Shown here in pieces: positions 37,849-46,600 of a stretch of DNA of 64,000 nucleotides. The notes below the pieces were generated by a model. That model ran no database searches and had not been told where the DNA came from. It saw nothing but the letters and a program-made list of their open reading frames with translations. The position numbers and the translations under genes are program-made. This DNA comes from an archaeon. GTDB taxonomy: Archaea > Thermoproteota > Nitrososphaeria > Nitrososphaerales > JACAEJ01. Numbering within the stretch: position 1 is the first letter of the stretch; every line of letters starts with the position of its first letter. The stretch is taken from positions 2,359 through 66,358 of the forward strand of contig JACGUG010000004.1 in assembly GCA_024256285.1 (NCBI GenBank). The letters are read 5' to 3'.

Positions 37849-38031
37849 ATGGCTGAAAAGGCTGTAGAGGAAACCTTTGCGGTGTTGTTTGCCCTGATCG
37901 ACTTAAGACAGATTTTTAGAGAGACCAAGCCCACTTATCGGCTTAGCACTGAACAGAAGGAGAAGATCAAGGAGATTCTTGGAGAAGTAAGACAGAGTTT
38001 GGATATTATTGAAAAGGAGCTGGTAACATGA
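37849..38031 (+). CDS. 60-aa predicted helical protein translationally coupled to SepCysS (ATGA overlap)
   Basis: MAEKAVEETFAVLFALIDLRQIFRETKPTYRLSTEQKEKIKEILGEVRQSLDIIEKELVT has amphipathic, heptad-like character. Its stop overlaps the SepCysS ATG. Confidence 0.45.
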   Translation: MAEKAVEETFAVLFALIDLRQIFRETKPTYRLSTEQKEKIKEILGEVRQSLDIIEKELVT

Positions 38032-39209
38032 GGGATATCGTTGGTAACATCGAGATCAGGGCAAGAGAGGAACTCTTCATAAACATTCATCCGATTCAAC
38101 CTGGGGGTAGGCTCACCCCAGAAGCCATGAAGGCTCTCATCGCTTACGGAGACGGCTATTCAACTTGTGATTGGTGCAGGAAGCCCTTCAGGCTCGACAA
38201 GATCCAAAGACCTCCGATAGACGAGTTCCATATTGAACTAGCAAAATTCTTGGGAATGGATCAGGCGAGGGTCGTCCCTGGTGCAAGGAGGGGCTTCCAA
38301 GCCGTCGTCTCTTCGATGATCGAAAAGGGAGACTCTGTGATCGTTTCCTCATTAGCACATTACACAGAATTCTTGGCTGTAGAAGCAGCTAGAGGTGTGG
38401 TTAAGGAAGTCCCCCTAAACGAGAATAAAGTAATCACTGGAGAAAACACAGCCAAAAAGATAGAGGAAGTGAAGAAAGAGACGGGAGCCCTCCCAAAACT
38501 GATCATGATGGACCATTTCGATTACATGCTGGGGAATGAGCATGACGTTCGTGGGGTTGCGCGAGTTGCGAAAGATTACGGTATCCCCTTTCTGTATAAC
38601 GGCGCCTACACAATAGGGGTGATGCCTGTAAATGGGAAAGAGATAGGGGCAGACTTTTTGGTGGGCTCAGGACACAAAAGTTTCGCCTCCCCCGCACCTT
38701 CTGGGATCTTGGCAACTACTGAAGAGTGGTCAGACAGAGTGTTTAGAACGACTCAGATGGTCGGCGATGTGACAAAAAGGAAATTTGGGATTAAAGAAGT
38801 CGAGATGATGGGTTGCACTTTGATGGGCGCCAATCTAATTGCAATGATGGCAAGTTTTCCTACTATAAAAGAGCGGGTTAAACATTGGGACGAAGAAGTC
38901 GAGAAGATCAACTATTTCGTCAAGGAATTTTTAAAGATCCAAGGAAATAGGGTTCTGAGTGAGGTGCCGAGGAAACACACTCTAACGAAGGTAGATACGA
39001 CAGGAAGCTTCGATAAGATTGCGCAAACCCACAAAAGGAGGGGTTTTTTCTTCAGTGATGAGTTAAAAAAGAGGAAGATCGTCGGCGAATTCGCAGGAGC
39101 CACAAAGGCTTGGAAGATGAACACTTATGGACTAACGTGGGATCAGATAAGATACTTGGCCCAAGCATTTCAAGACATTGCAAGAAGATATAACATAGAT
39201 GTAACATAA
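38028..39209 (+). CDS. pscS: O-phosphoseryl-tRNA(Cys):Cys-tRNA synthase (SepCysS)
   Basis: HPIQPGGRLTPEA…GDGYSTCDWC…RLDKIQRPPIDEFH…LAKFLGMD, the PLP site GSGHKSFASPAPSGIL, and GCTLMGANLIAMMASFP match my recollection of archaeal SepCysS sequences. Confidence 0.85.
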   Translation: MRDIVGNIEIRAREELFINIHPIQPGGRLTPEAMKALIAYGDGYSTCDWCRKPFRLDKIQRPPIDEFHIELAKFLGMDQARVVPGARRGFQAVVSSMIEKGDSVIVSSLAHYTEFLAVEAARGVVKEVPLNENKVITGENTAKKIEEVKKETGALPKLIMMDHFDYMLGNEHDVRGVARVAKDYGIPFLYNGAYTIGVMPVNGKEIGADFLVGSGHKSFASPAPSGILATTEEWSDRVFRTTQMVGDVTKRKFGIKEVEMMGCTLMGANLIAMMASFPTIKERVKHWDEEVEKINYFVKEFLKIQGNRVLSEVPRKHTLTKVDTTGSFDKIAQTHKRRGFFFSDELKKRKIVGEFAGATKAWKMNTYGLTWDQIRYLAQAFQDIARRYNIDVT

Positions 39210-39343
39210 AATCGATCGATTTCTAGGCACAATTTTGGATTGGTTTATAGCTATATCCCGAGTTTGCTCAGATGTAACTGTTTATTTTTAGAAGAATTTA
39301 AGAATCGGTATCAGACTAAAATCTGAGTTGGATAGCGATAAAA

Positions 39344-41533
39344 ATGAACCATCGAAACCATAATAAACATAGTCACCAAGACCATGCTCACCACATAGAA
39401 GAGTTCAAAAGAAGGCTTTGGCTATCCCTTATACTTACAATCCCCATTCTACTTCTTTCCGAAATGATCCAGATATGGTTTGGTTTTAGTCTAAAAATAC
39501 CATTTCAGAAAGAGGTTTTATTCCTTCTATCTCTAATTGTTTACCTTTACGGTGGGTGGCCCTTCTTAAAGGGAATAGTCCAAGAAGTAAAGACCCACCA
39601 GCCAGGGATGATGACCCTTATAGGCACAGCCATATCCGTGGCCTTCTTCTATTCTGCAGGAACAGTCTTCCTCATAGTTGGGAAGGATTTCTTCTGGGAA
39701 CTTGTAACTCTTATCGATGTAATGCTTCTTGGGCACTGGATAGAGGCTAAAAGTGTTCTTGGGGCTTCGAGGGCATTGGAAGAGCTCGTCAAGATAATGC
39801 CTACGACAGCCCACCTTGTCAAAAACGGTGAAATTGCAGATGTCCCAGTTTCACAGTTAAAGACTGACCAAGTTGTTCTTGTTCGTCCAGGAGAGAAGAT
39901 ACCTTCCGATGGCCTTGTAATAGAGGGGAAATCCTTCGTCAATGAAGCCCTTTTGACAGGAGAATCGAAACCCGTTCATAAAGAGACAGAAGATAAAGTG
40001 ATAGGTGGTGCAATAAACGGAGAAGGCGTTTTGAAGGTAAGAATAGAAAGGACAGGTGAAGAAACTTATCTGGCACAGGTAATAAAACTAGTAAGACAAG
40101 CTCAAGAAAGTAGGTCTAGAACTCAAGATCTGGCAAACAGAGCATCGGCCCTTCTTTTTTATGTTGCCCTTGGAGTGGGAATAGTAACCTACATAACATG
40201 GTTTCTTCTTTCTACACCCTTTTTTGCCCTTGAAAGATCCGTTACGGTTCTCGTTATAGCCTGCCCCCATGCCCTCGGTCTGGCAATACCTCTTGTTGTC
40301 GCCCTCTCCACTTCTATAACTGCAAAAAGTGGAATCCTCATCAGGGATAGAAGAGCCTTTGAGATGGTCAAGGATGTAAACGCTGTTGTCTTTGACAAGA
40401 CTGGGACGTTGACAGAAGGCAAGTTCGGGGTTAGTGATGTGGTATCCTTGACGCCTGAAGATGAACTTTTAAAACTCACTTCAAGTGTAGAACTGAACTC
40501 TGAGCATATAATAGCAAAGGCTATTGTGGAATATACAAAGGAAAGAAGTATAGCGATTCCTCAGGTGCAGGAATTCAAGGCGATACCCGGTAAGGGTGCC
40601 TATGGAAAAGTTGAAGACAAAGAAGTCTATGTAGGAAGTCCGAACCTTCTGAAAGAAATGAAGATAGAGATAGAAGATCAGAGGATAAAGGAACTTCAGG
40701 AACAGGGCAAAACGGTCGTTTTTACCATAGTTGATGGAAAACTTGTTGGTGCCTTCGCTCTTTCTGATAAGATAAGAAAGGAATCCTACGAAGCGGTCAG
40801 GAAATTAAAGGAGATAGGGTTAAAGGTCTACATGCTCACAGGGGATGCTGAGGAAGTCGCCCGATGGGTTGCGAAAGAACTCGGTATAGACGAATACTTT
40901 GCCCAAGTCTTGCCCGACGAGAAAGCAGAAAAAGTCAAGCTCTTGAAGGAAAAAGGCTATAAAGTTGCTATGGTCGGCGATGGCGTGAACGATGCTCCCG
41001 CCCTTGTTACGGCAGATGTTGGTATCGCCATAGGTGCTGGAACCGATGTAGCCATAGAAAGTGCAGATATAATCCTCGTGAAAAATGACCCTACGGACGT
41101 TTCAAAGGTTACTGACCTTTCACAGAAAACGTACTCGAAGATGGTTCAGAATCTGTGGTGGGCATCGGGTTATAATATCTTCGCTATACCCCTAGCAGCT
41201 GGTGTTTTGTATAATTTCGGAATAGTCGTAAGTCCTGCGGTGGGGGCCTTGTTTATGTCCTTGAGCACCGCTATAGTTGCCTTTAATAGCCAGACCTTGA
41301 GAAAGTACGAACCAAAGGTTGCAGAGTTTGTAGAGAAGAAGCATATGACCACAGACCCGGTTTGTGGGATGAAGGTAGAACCCGAAAAGGCTTACAGCAA
41401 GATGGAGTATGAGGGATATGTTATCTACTTCTGTTCAGAAGACTGTGAAGAGGAATTTAAGAAGAATCCTGAAAGATACCTATCAAAGATGAAAAAAGAA
41501 GAACCTAAAAAACATGAACATCGCCATCACTAA
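39344..41533 (+). CDS. copB: P1B-type copper ATPase of the CPH (CopB-like) type, with a His-rich N-terminus and a C-terminal TRASH/YHS domain plus His-rich tail
   Basis: The N-terminus reads MNHRNHNKHSHQDHAHH. Core motifs are the transmembrane ACPHALGLAIP, DKTGTLT and GDGVNDAP. The C-terminus has DPVCGMKV…YVIYFCSEDCEEEFKKNPERY…KHEHRHH. Confidence 0.9.
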   Translation: MNHRNHNKHSHQDHAHHIEEFKRRLWLSLILTIPILLLSEMIQIWFGFSLKIPFQKEVLFLLSLIVYLYGGWPFLKGIVQEVKTHQPGMMTLIGTAISVAFFYSAGTVFLIVGKDFFWELVTLIDVMLLGHWIEAKSVLGASRALEELVKIMPTTAHLVKNGEIADVPVSQLKTDQVVLVRPGEKIPSDGLVIEGKSFVNEALLTGESKPVHKETEDKVIGGAINGEGVLKVRIERTGEETYLAQVIKLVRQAQESRSRTQDLANRASALLFYVALGVGIVTYITWFLLSTPFFALERSVTVLVIACPHALGLAIPLVVALSTSITAKSGILIRDRRAFEMVKDVNAVVFDKTGTLTEGKFGVSDVVSLTPEDELLKLTSSVELNSEHIIAKAIVEYTKERSIAIPQVQEFKAIPGKGAYGKVEDKEVYVGSPNLLKEMKIEIEDQRIKELQEQGKTVVFTIVDGKLVGAFALSDKIRKESYEAVRKLKEIGLKVYMLTGDAEEVARWVAKELGIDEYFAQVLPDEKAEKVKLLKEKGYKVAMVGDGVNDAPALVTADVGIAIGAGTDVAIESADIILVKNDPTDVSKVTDLSQKTYSKMVQNLWWASGYNIFAIPLAAGVLYNFGIVVSPAVGALFMSLSTAIVAFNSQTLRKYEPKVAEFVEKKHMTTDPVCGMKVEPEKAYSKMEYEGYVIYFCSEDCEEEFKKNPERYLSKMKKEEPKKHEHRHH

Positions 41534-41613
41534 GAAGGAGAGCGGCGTTCATATCCTTCATTTGATATTTTCTTTTCCATAGTTCGCCTATATCGTACTA
41601 TAACATTCAAAAT

Positions 41614-42111
41614 TTAGGAGGTAGTCCCCGTTGCTTTCCTTGCTATGGTCAGGTATAGATTGATTATGGCTATCAAGACTCCAAGTAAAACTATCATTAT
41701 GGAAATTTCAATCGGTATGGCATACCCTATTATGCTCTCATGAATTTCAGCGAGTGGCTTTCCTTCCAATAGAAGACTACCTCCGATGTACCCTGATAAG
41801 CCTAGAAGCCAAGTCGAGCCGATCAGCCCTATTTCTGTCAAGATCAAATGTAACCATGTTAGCGTATTGATGGGGGTTTTGCCCTTGATCTTTGGAATTA
41901 GGTAGTGCAACACTCCGCACCCTAATATTCCTGGGCATCCTACCAAAACGAACATGACATAGCCGATGAAGAGCCACGTGCCTACCGACCCTCCAGCTAC
42001 GATCCTTGGCATATTTAATTCAGGGATTAAAATGAGAGCTGTCCATGTAATTGCGCATAGCCCGTTAAATGAACAAAAGTAGAAGAATCTCATAAACTGG
42101 TTTTCTGGCAT
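41614..42111 (-). CDS. Integral membrane protein of unknown function (about 4-5 transmembrane segments)
   Basis: Hydrophobic segments run throughout. I did not recognise a family. Confidence 0.5.
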   Translation of the reverse strand: MPENQFMRFFYFCSFNGLCAITWTALILIPELNMPRIVAGGSVGTWLFIGYVMFVLVGCPGILGCGVLHYLIPKIKGKTPINTLTWLHLILTEIGLIGSTWLLGLSGYIGGSLLLEGKPLAEIHESIIGYAIPIEISIMIVLLGVLIAIINLYLTIARKATGTTS

Positions 42112-42429
42112 AGTCCAGATATCACAATATCCTTATTTTATAAATATATTTTCAGCAACTTCTCAAAAATATAAAGTCGATCTTTGGAGGTAAGATTCAA
42201 CTCGGATCGTCCAAAGAGTCTTTTCAATAGAGAAAGATCCTCAGTTGTTGCTTGTAAAAGTTTACAATCTCTTTACTAGCTAACTGTAAGGAAGATTCAA
42301 ATTGGAGACTGGATTGTAAGGAAAAGGAGAAAGAGTAATGAAGATTCAAAAACACTCTGTGAACTATACCTTGAATCGAGCGTATTATACATAAAGGTGG
42401 GAAGATCATAAAAGCATCAAGTGATGTAG

Positions 42430-42621
42430 ATGTATCTGGTAGTAGGATGCCCAGACTGTAGACAACTTCAACTCACCACAGCGCGCAAAAGATTCACATG
42501 CAAGTACTGCAGGAAGAATATACAGGTATCAAAGCTGAACGTACACTACTCCTCAGACAGGCATGATGAAGCCTTAAATGCATTATATCGATTGAAGAAG
42601 GAGGAATCGTCTAAACTATAA
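42430..42621 (+). CDS. Small zinc-ribbon protein (DUF1922-like)
   Basis: MYLVVGCPDCRQ…FTCKYCRKNIQV has a CxxC…CxxC pattern typical of DUF1922. The call is by eye. Confidence 0.5.
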   Translation: MYLVVGCPDCRQLQLTTARKRFTCKYCRKNIQVSKLNVHYSSDRHDEALNALYRLKKEESSKL

Positions 42622-42820
42622 TCGGATGAAGAGATTACATCACAAAGGAATGATTGGGTTGGGATTTAACATTTCGGTTGCACACCTCATAACTATCCTC
42701 CACCAATTCAGCAAGGTGACGGTTCCATGAATAATCTTTTACGCGTAAGTATGAGAAATTAGATACGTATCTTTTTATGTGTGAGTAGTTGAGTCGTGAG
42801 TGTTCGATGAGTGGATGAAG

Positions 42821-43018
42821 ATGGTTCAGGCATTTTGTGTAAAGTGTAGGACGAAAAGGGAAATGAAGAATCCTAAACAAGTGGTGTTAAAGAACAATAG
42901 GCCAGCTGTCAAGGGTACATGCTCTGTATGTGAGAGTACAGTCTACAGAATGGGTAGATATAGCAAAAAGAAGAAAACCCTAAAAGGAAAATTAGGATCG
43001 CTAAAGTTGTTCTTTTAA
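42821..43018 (+). CDS. Small zinc-ribbon protein (DUF5679-like) with a Lys-rich tail
   Basis: FCVKCRTKREMKNPKQVVLKNNRPAVKGTCSVCESTVYRMG has CxxC…CxxC. The start could be 42800, 42815 or 42821. Confidence 0.45.
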   Translation: MVQAFCVKCRTKREMKNPKQVVLKNNRPAVKGTCSVCESTVYRMGRYSKKKKTLKGKLGSLKLFF

Positions 43019-43264
43019 TCTCATGCTCTGATTTTATATTTCGCCCAGATCTGCCCTTTGTACAGCTGTATTACTGTAGTGTAGCGTTGACCCCAGATAA
43101 ACATAAATTCGTACAGGGAATTTCGAAGGGTGGTCAGATATCACTCCTTCGATAGGTTCGATCCCCCATGCAAGTCAAATGGGGTCGGTCAAGGTGTAAC
43201 TGGCGGTTCGTCAAGTCATGCTCGAAGGCAACGATCTTAAACCGTGCCCCTTGTAACGTAAAGG

Positions 43265-43272
43265 TTTAAATA
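43265..43272 (+). promoter_or_regulatory. TATA-like box (TTTAAATA) upstream of rpoH
   Basis: It matches the archaeal TATA consensus, about 80 nt upstream of the rpoH ATG. Position is the only evidence. Confidence 0.3.
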
Positions 43273-43350
43273 TAACAAGGCAATCCTATTTTAGTGTTCC
43301 TGTCTATCTTATGTTACAAGTAGTATACGTACTCTAATTGGGTGATTATA

Positions 43351-43611
43351 ATGAAGAAGAATTCTGAAGGAGAAATACATGTAAAAGTTACTGAGCATAT
43401 CCTTGTACCCAAGCATGAAGTGTTGGCACCTGAAGAAGTAGAAGAAGTCCTTAAAAGATATAATGCTAAGCTAGACCAGTTCCCCTATATCTTGAGCACC
43501 GACCCAGTCGTCAAGGAGATAGGAGCAAAGCCTGGGGATCTGATAAAGATTATAAGGAAGAGTGAAACGGCAGGAGAAACCATCTATTTCCGTTACGTGG
43601 TGGAGGGGTAA
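43351..43611 (+). CDS. rpoH: RNA polymerase subunit H (Rpb5-like)
   Basis: HILVPKHEVLAPEEVEEVLKRYN…QFPYILSTDPVVKEIGAKPGDLIKIIRKSETAG is typical. A GTG at 43342 is an alternative start. Confidence 0.9.
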   Translation: MKKNSEGEIHVKVTEHILVPKHEVLAPEEVEEVLKRYNAKLDQFPYILSTDPVVKEIGAKPGDLIKIIRKSETAGETIYFRYVVEG

Positions 43612-43613
43612 CT

Positions 43614-46600
43614 GTGGGAATGTCTAAAGAATACGATCCTTGGGTTGTGCTACAAGATATAGTTGAGAGAGAGGGGGTTGCTCGTCAGCACCTGAACTCG
43701 TACAATGAATTTGTCCAGAAAGACATCCATAACATAATCGATGATGTTGGAGAAGTGGAGATCGAAGCAACAGGAAGTCCTTATAAGGTAAAGTTTGGTG
43801 GAGTTTCCATCGGACCGCCTAGGGTTGTGGAGATCGACGGCTCCGTTAGTAACATTCTACCGATGGAGGCTAGATTGCGTGACCTTACTTACACTTCGCC
43901 GGTACACTTAGAGATGAGCATAGTAGAGGATGGTTCCATTCGAGAGTTTCAAAGCCATTATATCGGAGACCTGCCGATTATGGTGAAGTCTTCTTTATGC
44001 CCCCTTCACAGAATGAGTAGAGCGGATTTAATCCGAGTCGGTGAAGATCCAGATGACCCTGGAGGTTACTTCATTATCAATGGTTCTGAGAGAGTTATAG
44101 TTGGGCTTGAGGACCTTATCCCCAATAAGATCTTAGTAGATTATGAGACGAGTGGAAGCGCCTCCTTATACAAGGCTAAGGTCTACTCATCGATAGTCGG
44201 TTATCGAGCGAAGCTTGAATTAACACTAAAGCGAGATGGCGCTCTTTACATCAAGGTTCCAACATCTCCTGTCGAACTCCCCTTCGTAATAATAATGAGG
44301 GCTCTAGGACTTCAATCTGATAAAGAGATAGCTGAGATAGTCTCACTTAAACCGGAGGTTCAGAATTTCCTAGATGTATCTTTTGACAAGGCAAGTAATG
44401 TAATGACGCCAGAGGCAGCCTTGACGTACATAGGCAATAGAATCGCATATGGGATGCTCGATGAATTTAGGATAAGGAGGGCACAGTCATTACTTGATTG
44501 GGGGCTTCTGCCACATTTAGGCAGATCGCCAGAAGATCGTATAAGTAAAGCCATATTTCTGGGCGAAGCTGTATCTAAGCTTTTTGAACTGAAGCTTGGG
44601 TGGATAGAAATAGACGATAGAGACCATTATGGCAACAAAGTCATCAAATTCGCTGGGGAGATGATAGCGGATCTATTCAGAACTGCATTTCGTAATATGG
44701 TAAGGGATATGAAGTATCAGCTTGAGAAGATGGGTCAGAGGCGTGGCATCAACGCGGTTGGGGCTGCGATAAGACCTGGTATAATCACAGACAAATTACG
44801 TAACTCCATAGCAACGGGCAATTGGGGCAGGGGTAAAGTTGGGGTTACACAACTTCTTGATAGGACGAACTACCTCTCTACTATAAGTCATCTAAGGCGC
44901 ATCCAGTCCCCCTTGAGCAGAAGTCAGCCCAATTATGAGGCTAGGGACCTTCATGGAACGCACTTTGGCAGAATCTGCCCCAACGAAACTCCAGAGGGGT
45001 CTAACTGTGGCCTTGTCAAAAATCTTGCTCTCTCAACCATAATTTCTGTCAGCGCCCCAGAGTCTGATATTTTAGATAAATTATCGGAGCTAGGGGTTAA
45101 GCCTGTTCCAGAAAGTAGTGAAGACCTAAGAAGGGATGGTTGCAAAGCCTTCTTAGAAGGTCGTTTAATAGGTTACGTAGAGGATGGTGAATCTTTTGCA
45201 ACAGATTTCAGGAAGCTACGTAGGCAGGGGTTGATAAATCCAGACGTTAGTGTCTATCTTTACGTACCGAAGGACCAGAGAGGAACTAGAAGAGTTTACA
45301 TATCTATGCGCTCTGGGCGGGTTATGAGACCCCTCATTGTAGTGGAAGATGGGCAGCCGCTTTTGAACAATGAGCTGATAGAACGTGTATCAAAAGGTGA
45401 ACTCACCTGGCGTGATCCACTAGAGCATGGTGTGATAGAGCTGATCGATGCGAACGAAGAAGAGAACTGTCTCGTGGCTATCGATGTAAACTCTCTGACC
45501 GAGAAGCACACTCACCTTGAGTTGATACCGTCTGCCATATTTGGAGTTGCAGCCTCCATAATACCGTATCCTGAGCATAACCAATCACCACGTAATACGT
45601 ACGAATCCGCCATGGCTAAACAATCGTTAGGTTTCTCATTACCCACCTTTCCCTTCTCTACTTATGTGAGGAGCCATCTGCTAGCATATCCTCAAAAACC
45701 TCTAGTTGCGACGCGTTCATCGTCTTTAATAAAATTGGACGAGAGACCTATAGGACAGAACTGTATAGTCGCTGTACTATCTTATGAAGGATACAACATA
45801 GAGGACGCCATAGTCATGAATAAGTCTTCTGTGGATAGAGGGCTTGCACGCACATTCTTCTATAGACTTTACGAGGCTGAAGCCAAGCAATATTTAGGTG
45901 GCATGAAAGATGAATTCACGATACCCTCGCCAGATACCAATGTAAGAGGATATCGTGGTGAGAAGTACTACCGTCTTTTAGAATCTGATGGCGTGGTTAT
46001 GCATGAAGCCAATGTATATGGTGGGGATGTAGTCATAGGGAGGACCAGCCCACCTAGGTTTATGGAAGAATATAGGGAGTTCGAGATAAAGGGCCCGTAT
46101 AGGCGAGATACTTCTGTAGCGATAAGACCCTCGGAGTCGGGGGTCGTAGATAGTGTATTCCTTACCGAGAGCGTGGATGGTGGAAAGACGTTCAAAATAA
46201 GGGTTAGGGATATGAGAGTCCCTGAGATAGGAGATAAATTCGCCTCTAGGCACGGACAGAAGGGCGTGATAGGTCTCTTAGTGAATCAAGAAGATATGCC
46301 CTATACCAAAGATGGGATCGTTCCCGATATTATCATAAATCCACATGCCTTCCCATCAAGAATGACCGTCGGTCAGTTCATAGAATCTATCACGGGAAAA
46401 GTAGCTGCAATAAAGGGTGTTTCTGTTGATGGTACCGCATTTATTGGAGAAAAGACTGAGAAAGTAGGGAAGATATTGACTGAAGCAGGTTTTCAACCAT
46501 TAGGGATGGAGGTAATGTATGATGGAAAGACTGGTAAGCAGTATAAAACGAATATCTTTATCGGTGTAGTATACTATCAAAAACTTCATCATATGGTTGC

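Noticed and set aside
43155-43175. GGTTCGATCCCC, which resembles a tRNA T-arm.
   Set aside because: The flanking bases cannot form a 5-bp T stem. No acceptor, D or anticodon arms can be drawn around it, so it is not a tRNA or an obvious tRNA fragment.
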